Origin: a virus
Virus record (IMG/VR): IMGVR_UViG_3300048577_000342
DNA length: 64,000 nt
Direction: 5' to 3' (one strand)
Shown: piece after piece, positions 8,128-17,020 of the stretch
Numbering within the stretch: the first letter of the stretch is position 1
How the letters are laid out: every line of letters starts with the position of its first letter
The notes under the pieces: generated by a model
Told to the model about the DNA's origin: nothing
Databases searched by the model: none
What the model saw: only the letters and a program-made list of their open reading frames with translations
Program-made: the position numbers and the translations under genes

Positions 8128-8783
8128 TGCTGGCACGCATGGGACCGCTGTTTCGCAAGCACCTTGCCATGGCCGCCCGTGGCCAGCTGATGGTGAGCGA
8201 GGCCGACGCGCGGAACAGGGCCACGGGGGTGCGGCCCGCCACGGCACGCATCGTCGCCTGGCCGGTGGGGCACTGGCCGGGGCTGACCGAACTGCCGCCC
8301 TGGCGGCGCCTGCTGCTTGCCGGCGTGGCGCGGCGACCGGCGGGGCATCCGGAGCCGCGCGAAAGTGTGGCGCATCTGGTAGCTGTGCCGGACGGGGTGC
8401 GGCTGCCGGTGGAGGCACCCGAGGCGAGCCTTGCCCTGCAGATCAAGGCGACGTGCCGGGCGCTGGGCCTCTCGCACACCGAGCTGCTGGGGCCCGGCCG
8501 GCGCAGGCACCTGACGGTGGTGCGGGCCGAGCTCTACTGGATGGGCGCGGTGCATTATGGCCTCTCCCTGCCGGTGATCGGCCGGCTGATGGGGGACCGC
8601 GACCACACCACCGTTCTCTACGGCAAGCGGCGGGCGGTGGCGGCGCTGCGGGCGGCCGGATACTCGGACAGCGAGGCCATGATGGCGCTGGGCGCCGAGG
8701 CGCGCCGGCGCATCATCTCCGACCATTTCACCGCGACGCTGGGCCATGCACGCGCCGACCGGCAGGACGGAGCCGGGGCATGA
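8127..8783 (+). CDS. Protein with a DnaA C-terminal (domain IV) HTH
   Basis: LSLPVIGRLMGDRDHTTVLYG. Confidence 0.8.
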   Translation: MLARMGPLFRKHLAMAARGQLMVSEADARNRATGVRPATARIVAWPVGHWPGLTELPPWRRLLLAGVARRPAGHPEPRESVAHLVAVPDGVRLPVEAPEASLALQIKATCRALGLSHTELLGPGRRRHLTVVRAELYWMGAVHYGLSLPVIGRLMGDRDHTTVLYGKRRAVAALRAAGYSDSEAMMALGAEARRRIISDHFTATLGHARADRQDGAGA

Positions 8784-9880
8784 GCTGGGAGGTCGCCGGC
8801 TGGACGATGAAGGCGGTGCGGAGCGCCGGCCCCGCCATGCCCGCCATGCTGCGCTGGCTGCTGATCTGCGTCGCCGACCGCACCAACCGCGACACAGGCT
8901 ACACCTATGTGAGCCCGCGCCGGCTGGCGGAGGACCATGGCTCCTCGGTGGGCTTCGTGAAGGACGGGCTCAGGCGGCTGGAGGCGCTGGGCTTCATCGC
9001 CCGGGTGAAGCGGCTGAAGGCCGACGGCAGCCATGACACCAGCCTGATCGTCGTGCTGGACAGCGAGGAGGCGCAGGCCCGCGCCGCGGCGCTCGGCTGG
9101 ACGAAGCCGGGGCCGGATGGCGATGCCGAGACCGATGGCGCCGGGGCTGGCGAGACACAAGATGTGGGGGGGTGGGTCACCACAGACCCCACCCCCGATG
9201 AAGGGGGGGTGGGTCACCACAGACCCCAGGGTGGGTCACCACAGACCCCACCCTCTATAGATGAACCCGGAATTGAACCTACTTCCCCCCAGCCCCCCTC
9301 GCGTGCGAGGCGGCCGGCGGAGCCATCAGCGAACAGGCCCCCAGGGATTGTGCCCCCTGTTCCGCCAGCGGGGCCGCTGCCCGACGGCTTCGACCCCGAC
9401 CCTTCCGGAGCGAATGCCTTTCTCGCCGCTTGGCGATCGACGATCCGCGCCTCCAGCGCCGATGTGCCGGAGGTGGTGCGCCGGATCTGGCGAGGGCTCT
9501 CGGCGGAAGAGCGACGACGGGCGGCGGGCGACCTCGACGCCTGGCAGCGGCAGATGGCCCGCGAGAAGCGACCCTTCGGCTCGGCGACCCGCTATCTCCG
9601 CGACAAGGCCTGGGAGGTGCTGGACCATGTGCGGGCCGGACGACGGGAGGGCACGGCGCCGCCGACCTTCTTCATCCGGGAGGGTTCGCCCGAGTGGGAG
9701 GCCTGGGTCCGACACGAGACGCGCCATGGCCGGCGTCTGGTGGCGATCCCCTCGCAGCACGAGAAGGGCCGGGGCTGGTGGATGCCGACGCTCTGGCCGC
9801 CGCGGCTGGCGGCCGGGGAGGGCGAGCCCGACGATCTCCAGGCGAGCCAGGACGAGTTTGCGCGGGTCAGCGGGCTATGA
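8780..9880 (+). CDS. Phage replication initiator (N-terminal HTH, internal origin)
   Basis: RWLLICVADRTN...RRLAEDHG HTH; internal iterons; lambda O position. Confidence 0.75.
   Translation: MSWEVAGWTMKAVRSAGPAMPAMLRWLLICVADRTNRDTGYTYVSPRRLAEDHGSSVGFVKDGLRRLEALGFIARVKRLKADGSHDTSLIVVLDSEEAQARAAALGWTKPGPDGDAETDGAGAGETQDVGGWVTTDPTPDEGGVGHHRPQGGSPQTPPSIDEPGIEPTSPQPPSRARRPAEPSANRPPGIVPPVPPAGPLPDGFDPDPSGANAFLAAWRSTIRASSADVPEVVRRIWRGLSAEERRRAAGDLDAWQRQMAREKRPFGSATRYLRDKAWEVLDHVRAGRREGTAPPTFFIREGSPEWEAWVRHETRHGRRLVAIPSQHEKGRGWWMPTLWPPRLAAGEGEPDDLQASQDEFARVSGL
9171..9249 (+). repeat. Origin iterons, 3 x GGTGGGTCACCACAGACCCC
   Basis: Exact 20-bp copies at 9171, 9208 and 9230 inside the initiator gene. 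Confidence 0.85.
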
Positions 9881-10434
9881 TCGAGGGTGGGATGGACGGG
9901 ATGATGGATGGCGTGCCGCTGCTCGACTGGTACGTGGTGGCGACCAAGCCGCAGAGCGAGGCGCTGGCGAGCCGCTCGATCGCGCGGCTCGGCTTCCGGT
10001 GCTATGCGCCGACCATGCCGGTGGAGGTGCGTGGCCGGAAGAGCGGCACGACGGTGGTCCAGAAGCCAACTTTTCCGCACTACCTCTTCGTGCCCTTCGA
10101 TGTGGTGCGCGACCCCTGGCCGCGAATCGCTTCGGCCTTCGGCGTGTCGCGGATTCTGACGACGGGCGCGCCGAGCTGGCAGCCGCTGCGCCTGCCGAGG
10201 GGCTTCGTGGAGCGGCTGATGATGGCGATGCCGGAAGGCGTGGCGCGACAGAATGTCGTGATGTTTCAAGCAGGTGACGAGGTGAGCGTGCAGGGTGGGC
10301 CGCTCGACGGCGTGCTTGGCAGCATCGCGTCACTTGACAGACGGGGCCGTTGCGTCTTGCTGTTGCGCATCCTCGGCGGCGAGATCAAGGCGCAGTTTGA
10401 GGTAGCTCAAATCGCCAGGCGGCGGTCTGCATGA
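9877..10434 (+). CDS. NusG-paralogue antiterminator (lambda Q position)
   Basis: WYVVATKP, PTFPHYLFV NGN domain; FQAGDEVSVQGGPLDG KOW motif. Confidence 0.85.
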   Translation: MIEGGMDGMMDGVPLLDWYVVATKPQSEALASRSIARLGFRCYAPTMPVEVRGRKSGTTVVQKPTFPHYLFVPFDVVRDPWPRIASAFGVSRILTTGAPSWQPLRLPRGFVERLMMAMPEGVARQNVVMFQAGDEVSVQGGPLDGVLGSIASLDRRGRCVLLLRILGGEIKAQFEVAQIARRRSA

Positions 10435-10437
10435 CCG

Positions 10438-10545
10438 GATGACATTGGCGAGGGTGGCGGCGGAACGGAGGGTGTGATTCACCCCGCCGTGCGGATGCCA
10501 TAGACGACCTGAAGAGCCCGGCCAGCGTGCCGGGCTTCGTCGTTT
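10438..10545 (+). terminator. Conserved structured late leader ending in an intrinsic terminator
   Basis: GGGTG-TGATT-CACCC hairpin, then AGCCCGGC-cagcgt-GCCGGGCT...GTCGTTT; conserved at 54171-54281. Confidence 0.65.
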
Positions 10546-10664
10546 ATGGGGGGTAGAGGGCAGGGGCGAGGGTTTCCCAATGGAGCTGTCTATCTGCGAC
10601 TTCGTCTCCTGGTTGAATTGCGACGTTTCCTTTGAGTAATCTCCCGTCGTTGGGGAGGAAGGCG

Positions 10665-10820
10665 ATGCGAGAACTGATCGACACGGCCACGGTCGTTGAT
10701 GGAGCTCGCATCGCGACGCTTGCTACCGTGACACCTAGCCTGACTGGCACTGCAGGTGGCGGACTGTTGTTTTGGTTGCTGCACGCACGGCAACGATGCC
10801 AGGGCGAACGGCCAGACTAG
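10665..10820 (+). CDS. Small hypothetical protein (51 aa)
   Basis: GAGGAAGG RBS; short hydrophobic segment GGGLLFWLL. Confidence 0.3.
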   Translation: MRELIDTATVVDGARIATLATVTPSLTGTAGGGLLFWLLHARQRCQGERPD

Positions 10821-10831
10821 GCATAGTGGCG

Positions 10832-12946
10832 ATGGTCAACGGAATTCTGCCGAACAGTAACCCCACGCCGCCCGCAGGGATCAATCCAGTTCGGCGTGTT
10901 ACGGTCAAGCAGGTCGACGAGAGGCTGCGGCGTCTTGAAGATACCGCAGCCGAAGTCATTAAGGATGAAAAGGAAAAGTGCAAGGCGGAACTTGAATCTC
11001 AAATTGAAGCTCTGGCGGAGAAAATAAAGAAATTCCACAAAGTTGCTGTAGTATTTGCTATTTTGCTGTTTTATGTGGCTGCTACAGCAGCAACTACGAC
11101 GCATAGAATGTTATTTCTGTCTTCCCCAATAAAGCTTCCGGTGCTCGGATTCGATTTTCCTCTTCTCGTATTCTATGTGATTGCGCCAATTACTGTACTA
11201 GTGGTCCAGTATACAGTGATGTCGCAGTTGAATGACCTGATGGCGTCCTTTGCACGCTTCCGCGAAGTTCTTACGAGGTTCCTTGGCCAAGCTGGGCGTG
11301 ACCGCGAGGAACTAGTCAGGGAAACTCTGGCGCAGTTGCCGTTCACGATTTTCGCCCGCCTGCATCGTACCAACGGCATGCCGGCGAACGGGCACGTGGT
11401 TGATCGAGTGCTAGGCGTCGCTCTGATCATCGTTGCGCCAACATTGACGATCCTGATCGTGCAAGAGCGCTTCCTGCCCTACCACAGTGAGATCATTTCC
11501 TGGTTCCACCGCATCCTGATCATCTGCGCAGTCATTGTGGCACTAGTCCGTACGGAGTGGCTTCGAAGGCTCTGGCGCCGGCGCTCTGCCTTGGCAATGG
11601 TGGGGCAGGGCTGTGTCGCGACCCTCGTCGCCGCTTCTGTGCTGCTGCCCCTTAGCCTAGGCACTTTTCGCACCGAGGGACTCGGACGGCTTATACATCG
11701 AGGTGATTGGCCGGCCTCTCGATTCTTGCTATATCAGAATGTGCTGGATCTGAACGGCGAGCGGTTCATCGATGAGGCAAATGCGGAACGCAACTACGCT
11801 CAGCGTGTTGCATTCCAATCGGGGGCAAGAATCCCTGTACCTGCGCTGCGCTTTAGTGGGCGCGATTTCAGCGGAGCCGATTTATCCAGCACGGATTTGC
11901 GCTTTGCTAGTTTCATCGATGTAAATTTGGAAGACGCCAAACTGTCCGGCATTCGCCTCGACTACGCACAATTTACAAATGTCTCCATCAAAAGGGCTCA
12001 TCTAACCGCTGCCAATCTCGACGGCGCGATAATGGAGCGTGTCGAATGCCAGGGGGCCGAGTTCTTCCTTGCCAACGCTGTTGGCCTTTTTATTTCGAAA
12101 AGCGAGTGCGCGGCTAGCGAGTGGCTAGGAGTAAACCTCGTAGGAGCCAGGATCTCTGAATCGTCATTTGTCGGTTCCAACTTTTCCGGAGCCGACATGC
12201 GTGCTTCGCGATGGTTTGAAACGGATCTGCGGGGTGTTGCCATGCAGGCAACGCAGCTTCAATTGGCTCATCTGTTCCTGATCAATGCTCAGGCCGCTCT
12301 CTTGGAATCGACCAATCTGACTGGTGCAAGAATGGTTGCTGTCGGCCTCCATCGAACGACTGTCACTGGCCCTCGTCTCACAGCGGCAGCGCTCGCCCGC
12401 CTTCATCTTGAACGGGACCATATATCAGGCGGATCGACTGAAGACGCACTGAATCCGAGGCTTCAACCGATGTCCGACGCGATGCTGTCTGCAGCGATTG
12501 CAAAGGTCCGTGAGAGCAACACAAGAGTGGCTCATCACCACCTGATCGAAGATGCCGTTTCTCGACTAGAGACACTGCGTCCCACCGCGTTGGATCGCGA
12601 TCAAAGGGATAGGGAATTTTGGCAACTGGCCGTTGCCGCAAGCCAAAGCGCTCAACATCACGCTGGACGCTTCGAAGAATGGAAGCGCCTGTTCTGCAGG
12701 ACAGACGGCTGGATACCCGGGTTCATTGCATTGCTTGATCACATGACAGACTTAGTCGGCGCCCCGGCGGGCGATGCCAATGATGCGGCTTCAGTACGAG
12801 GGGCTGCTCGAAGGATGTTCGAAGACCTTCAGAAGGAAAGAGACGGATCGACGTCGGCGTGCTTCGGGGTGCGCAATCTGCCGGAAACCCAGTGGACGGC
12901 TGTCCGCCGCATGATTGAGCGCGATATTTTGGCGCCACAACCCTGA
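10832..12946 (+). CDS. Membrane-anchored pentapeptide-repeat protein (moron)
   Basis: Several N-terminal TM segments; (A/S)(D/N)L/Fxx repeats such as ADLSS, ANLDG, SNFSG; lower GC; start uncertain (10772 or 10832). Confidence 0.8.
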   Translation: MVNGILPNSNPTPPAGINPVRRVTVKQVDERLRRLEDTAAEVIKDEKEKCKAELESQIEALAEKIKKFHKVAVVFAILLFYVAATAATTTHRMLFLSSPIKLPVLGFDFPLLVFYVIAPITVLVVQYTVMSQLNDLMASFARFREVLTRFLGQAGRDREELVRETLAQLPFTIFARLHRTNGMPANGHVVDRVLGVALIIVAPTLTILIVQERFLPYHSEIISWFHRILIICAVIVALVRTEWLRRLWRRRSALAMVGQGCVATLVAASVLLPLSLGTFRTEGLGRLIHRGDWPASRFLLYQNVLDLNGERFIDEANAERNYAQRVAFQSGARIPVPALRFSGRDFSGADLSSTDLRFASFIDVNLEDAKLSGIRLDYAQFTNVSIKRAHLTAANLDGAIMERVECQGAEFFLANAVGLFISKSECAASEWLGVNLVGARISESSFVGSNFSGADMRASRWFETDLRGVAMQATQLQLAHLFLINAQAALLESTNLTGARMVAVGLHRTTVTGPRLTAAALARLHLERDHISGGSTEDALNPRLQPMSDAMLSAAIAKVRESNTRVAHHHLIEDAVSRLETLRPTALDRDQRDREFWQLAVAASQSAQHHAGRFEEWKRLFCRTDGWIPGFIALLDHMTDLVGAPAGDANDAASVRGAARRMFEDLQKERDGSTSACFGVRNLPETQWTAVRRMIERDILAPQP

Positions 12947-12995
12947 GATGACCCGCTTACACCGCTAGCATCTGCAGGGTATGCGACGGACAAAC

Positions 12996-13334
12996 ATGGC
13001 TTATCAACGAACCGGCGATGCCCGGCGACGGGAAGGCTTGCCCTGGCGCACGTGGTATGGGCGGAAGGCGTGGTTGCAGCTTCGCGAGTGGCGGCTCACG
13101 ACCGAGCCGCTTTGCCGATTTTGCAGGAGCATGGGGCGTGTCACCGCGGCAGACACCGTCGATCACATTCGGGCCCACAGGGGTGTCTGGGACCTGTTCA
13201 TAGATCCAGAGAACACCCAAGCCCTGTGCAAGTCCTGTCACGATGGACGCAAGCAGCAGATCGAGCGCATCGGATACGACACTGCAGTTGGCAACGATGG
13301 CTGGCCGATCGATGACCTTCACCCCGGGGGGTAA
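12996..13334 (+). CDS. Packaging HNH endonuclease
   Basis: EPLCRFC, DHIRAH, NTQALCKSCHD; immediately upstream of TerS. Confidence 0.9.
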   Translation: MAYQRTGDARRREGLPWRTWYGRKAWLQLREWRLTTEPLCRFCRSMGRVTAADTVDHIRAHRGVWDLFIDPENTQALCKSCHDGRKQQIERIGYDTAVGNDGWPIDDLHPGG

Positions 13335-13369
13335 GTCAATTGTCTGGCGTCCCCTCGCGTCCAGACCCG
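13326..13369. other. Candidate cos/packaging-initiation region A
   Basis: GGGGGGTaaGTCAAttGTCTGGCG...CCAGACCCG between HNH and terS; conserved at 54752. Confidence 0.5.
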
Positions 13370-13447
13370 TCTTCCTCCTCCGTGTGAAGAAAACCGAAAT
13401 TGGAGACAGAAAGCCACTGGGGCTGAGGCTTGGTGGAGTGAACGATC

Positions 13448-13918
13448 ATGAAGGGACGCGCACCAAACCCCTCGAATGTCGTGCCGCTCACCGGCGGTTC
13501 CGGCTTCGATGACACCCGCTTCGACGAGGCGGCGCGCGCGAAGGCGGCCGTGCTGAAGGCCTGCACGCTGGCGCCCTCGGTCGAAGCCTCCGCCGTATGG
13601 GACGACCTCGCCTGGCTCATCGCGCATCCACGCTGTGCCCGCCTCAGCCAGCACAACGCCCAGTCCTTCATGCTCGGCTGCGACGCCTTCGCCCGCTACC
13701 GCGCGCTCCGCTCCGAATATTCCGGCGCCGAGTTCTACGAGACCGAGACTCGCAACGGCACCCAGTTCAAGGCCCACCCCGCCGTCGCGCAGATGAACGA
13801 GACCTGGCGCCAGTGGCTGACCGTCGCCCGCGACTTCGGCCTGACGCCTGCCGGCGAGCGATCCCTCGCTAAACCGGACTTCAACCCCGGCGATGACACC
13901 GACCAGCTCTTCACCTGA
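13448..13918 (+). CDS. terS: Terminase small subunit (P27-like)
   Basis: MKGRAPNP start; KAHPAVAQ...ARDFGLTPA motif. Confidence 0.85.
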   Translation: MKGRAPNPSNVVPLTGGSGFDDTRFDEAARAKAAVLKACTLAPSVEASAVWDDLAWLIAHPRCARLSQHNAQSFMLGCDAFARYRALRSEYSGAEFYETETRNGTQFKAHPAVAQMNETWRQWLTVARDFGLTPAGERSLAKPDFNPGDDTDQLFT

Positions 13919-15731
13919 CCTGACGGATGACCGCTGCACCGCCTATGCCCGCAACGTCGTCGCGGGCGATGTGGTGGCCGGTCCCTATGTGCGCCTCGCA
14001 TGCCAGCGTCATCTCGCTGACCTGCGGGACGGCACCGCGCGCGGACTCTTCTACGATCCGGCCGCCGCCGCCCGCGTCATCGCCTATTTCGCGAAGGTGC
14101 TGAAAGTGGCGGCGGACGGCCAGTCCGTGCCCTTCATCCCGGCGGAATGGCAGTGCTTCGTGCTGGGTTCTCTGTTCGGCTGGAAGCGCTCGGCAACAGG
14201 CGCGCGCCGCTTCCGCGAGGCCTATATCGAGACCGGCAAGGGCTCGGGCAAGTCGCCTCTCGCGGCCGGCATCGGCATGTACATGCTGACCTCGGACGGC
14301 GAGTACAGGCCGGAGATCTATGCAGCCGCCTCGAAGCGCGACCAGGCCATGATCCTGTTCCAGGACGCAGTCTCGATGCGGCGTTCCTCGCCCGTCCTGA
14401 TCGGCAAGACCTCGGTGCGCGGCGTCGAGCCGGTCTATCACATCGGCTATCCGAAGCAGGAGGGCTTCTTCCGCCCGATCGCTTCCGAGGACGGCCAGTC
14501 CGGTCCGCGCCCGTCCTGCGCTCTTGTCGATGAGCTGCATGAGCATCGCGACGCGGGCGTCATCACCATGCTGGAAAAGGGTTTCAAGGGCCGCGCCCAG
14601 CCGCTGCTCTTCACCATCACCAATTCCGGCTTCGATCTGTCGTCGCCCTGCGGCCTGCGTCACACCGCGGCGATCGAGATGCTGCGCGGCGAGCTGGCCG
14701 AGCAGGCTAATCCCGACGACCTCTTCGCCTATGTCTGCGCGCTCGACCCCGGCGACGACCCGCTTGAGGATGAGAGCTGCTGGGCCAAGACCAACCCCTC
14801 GCTCGGCGTCACTATCAAGCCGGACTATCTGCGGGCCCAGGTCGCCCAGGCCCGCCGCATCCCGGCCGAGCGCAACATCTGCCTCCGGCTCAATTTCTGC
14901 GTCTGGACCGAGTCGGAAACCTCCTGGCTGTCGCGCGAGGTCGTCGCGCCCTGCATCGCGCATTTCGAACCGGTCGAACTGCACCGATCGAAGTCGCTCT
15001 TCCTGGGTGCCGACCTTTCGGCCGTCAACGATATGACGGCGCTCGTCGGTGTCGTGCCCACCGGCTTCGTGCCGGTCGGCCGCCCCGACGGCACCAAGGA
15101 CATGCTGCCGACCTTCGACGCCTGGGCCGAGGCTTGGACGCCGAGGGATACGCTGCGCGAGCGCGAGGAGCGCGACAAGGCGCCCTATGGCCTGTGGGTG
15201 AAACAGGGCCACCTTGTCGCGCTGCCCGGTTCGCGCATCCGGCTCAGCCATGTCGCGCATCGAATCATGGAGCTGGACGAGGCTTTTACGATCGATGCGC
15301 TGGCCTACGACCGCTACGCCTTCGACAAGCTGAAGGACGATCTCGACGATCTCGGCCTCGACCTGCCGCTCTGGGACCACCCGCAGGCCGGCAAGTCGCG
15401 CAAGAGCCCGCCGGCCGATGTGGTCGAGGCGGCGAAATCAGCCGGCGAGGAAGTGCCGAAGGGGCTGTGGATGCCGGGCTCGCGCCGCATGGTCGAGGAA
15501 CTGCTCATCGAGAAGCGGCTTCGCCTCCGCTTCTCGCCGGTCCTCAATGCGGCCATCGCCGGCGCGCGGCTCGAAAACGACGCCCTCGATAACGGCTTCC
15601 TGATCAAGTCGAAGTCGACGAAGCGCATCGATCCCGCCATCGCGCTCTGCATGGCGGTCGGTGTGGCGACGCAGCGTGTCGTTCCGCCGCGCATTTCCGT
15701 CTACCAATCCCGCGGCGTGCTGGTGCTCTGA
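13893..15731 (+). CDS. terL: Terminase large subunit A
   Basis: Walker A GKGSGKS, Walker B LVDELHE, nuclease GADLSAVNDMT and KRIDP. Confidence 0.92.
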   Translation: MTPTSSSPDLTDDRCTAYARNVVAGDVVAGPYVRLACQRHLADLRDGTARGLFYDPAAAARVIAYFAKVLKVAADGQSVPFIPAEWQCFVLGSLFGWKRSATGARRFREAYIETGKGSGKSPLAAGIGMYMLTSDGEYRPEIYAAASKRDQAMILFQDAVSMRRSSPVLIGKTSVRGVEPVYHIGYPKQEGFFRPIASEDGQSGPRPSCALVDELHEHRDAGVITMLEKGFKGRAQPLLFTITNSGFDLSSPCGLRHTAAIEMLRGELAEQANPDDLFAYVCALDPGDDPLEDESCWAKTNPSLGVTIKPDYLRAQVAQARRIPAERNICLRLNFCVWTESETSWLSREVVAPCIAHFEPVELHRSKSLFLGADLSAVNDMTALVGVVPTGFVPVGRPDGTKDMLPTFDAWAEAWTPRDTLREREERDKAPYGLWVKQGHLVALPGSRIRLSHVAHRIMELDEAFTIDALAYDRYAFDKLKDDLDDLGLDLPLWDHPQAGKSRKSPPADVVEAAKSAGEEVPKGLWMPGSRRMVEELLIEKRLRLRFSPVLNAAIAGARLENDALDNGFLIKSKSTKRIDPAIALCMAVGVATQRVVPPRISVYQSRGVLVL

Positions 15732-15733
15732 CC

Positions 15734-17020
15734 ATGGCCGGATCCTCGATCCCCTCGTCCTACCCTGTAGTGCCGCGCACCTCCGTGCCCGTCGTCGCGC
15801 CGCGCGCCGCGACGCAGTCCGCCGGCGGCGGAACGCTGATCACCACGGCGGCCGAGCTCGCGGCCTTCCTGACCGAAGGCAACGCCACCCGGTCCGGCGT
15901 CCCGGTCACGCCCGAGCGCTCGCTCGCCGATCCCACCGTCTTCGGCTGTGTCCGCCTGATCACCTCTGCGGTCGGCACCATGCCGCTCGACATCAAGCGC
16001 CGCATCGACGATCGCCGGCGCGAGGATGCCTCCGACACCCGCCTCTGGCAGCTCATGCGCCGGCGGCCCAACCGCTGGCAGAAGCCGCACCAGTTCCGCC
16101 GCATGCTCCAGGCCCACGTCCTGCTGCGCGGCAACGCCTACTGCCTGATCGTCCGCTCGCGCGGCGAGATCCTCGAGCTCGTGCCGCTGCATCCCGACAG
16201 GGTCGAGCCAAAGCAGGGGGCGGACCTCAGGGTCGAGTATCACTATCGCCGCCCGGATGGCGGCCTCACCATCTTCCAGGCCCGCGAGATCTTCCATCTC
16301 TTCGGCCTGTCGCTGGACGGCATCCGCGGTGTCACTCCGCTGACCTATGCCCGCGAGACCGTTGGCCTGTCGCTGGCCATGGCCGAGCACGGCGCATCCA
16401 TGTTCGCCAACGGCGCCCGCGTTCCGGGCTACCTGAAGCATCCCGGCCGTCTCGGACAGGAAGCAATCGCCGGGATCAAGTCGAGCCTGGAGGAGTATCG
16501 CTCCGGTGGCGAGCGCGAGGGCCGCGAGCTCGTCCTGGAAGAGGGCATGGAATACGTCCAGCTCGGCCTGACCTCCGTCGATGCCCAGTGGATCGAGAGC
16601 CGCCGATTCTCCCGCACCGACCTCGCCATGTTCTACGGCGTGCCCCCGTTCCTGCTGGGCGACACCGAGAAGTCGACCAGCTGGGGCACCGGGCTTGAAC
16701 AGCAGAAGGACGGCTTCGTCGCCTTCGGCCTCGAGGACCACCTGACCATGTGGGAGGAGGGGATCACGATCGACCTCTCCGAGGACCCGGCGATCTACGC
16801 ACGCTTCGTTCGCTCGGCTCTCGTGCGCGGCGACACCAAGGCCCGCTGGGAAGCCTATGCGCGACAGCTCCAGTGGGGCGTCCGCAACCCGAACGAGATT
16901 CGCGCCCTCGAAGACGAAAACCCCCGCGAGGGCGGCGACCGCTACTACGACCCGCCGAACCAGGCGGGCGGCCAGACCGATAGCCCGGAGACCGGCAATG
17001 ACCCTTCGCAAGCTGCCTGA
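15734..17020 (+). CDS. HK97-family portal protein
   Basis: LLRGNAY, LEEGMEY, FYGVPP motifs; follows TerL. Confidence 0.95.
   Translation: MAGSSIPSSYPVVPRTSVPVVAPRAATQSAGGGTLITTAAELAAFLTEGNATRSGVPVTPERSLADPTVFGCVRLITSAVGTMPLDIKRRIDDRRREDASDTRLWQLMRRRPNRWQKPHQFRRMLQAHVLLRGNAYCLIVRSRGEILELVPLHPDRVEPKQGADLRVEYHYRRPDGGLTIFQAREIFHLFGLSLDGIRGVTPLTYARETVGLSLAMAEHGASMFANGARVPGYLKHPGRLGQEAIAGIKSSLEEYRSGGEREGRELVLEEGMEYVQLGLTSVDAQWIESRRFSRTDLAMFYGVPPFLLGDTEKSTSWGTGLEQQKDGFVAFGLEDHLTMWEEGITIDLSEDPAIYARFVRSALVRGDTKARWEAYARQLQWGVRNPNEIRALEDENPREGGDRYYDPPNQAGGQTDSPETGNDPSQAA

Noticed and set aside
9171-9249. Short direct repeats as a possible CRISPR array
   Set aside because: Spacers of 17 and 2 bp, inside a replication gene, no cas genes; these are iterons
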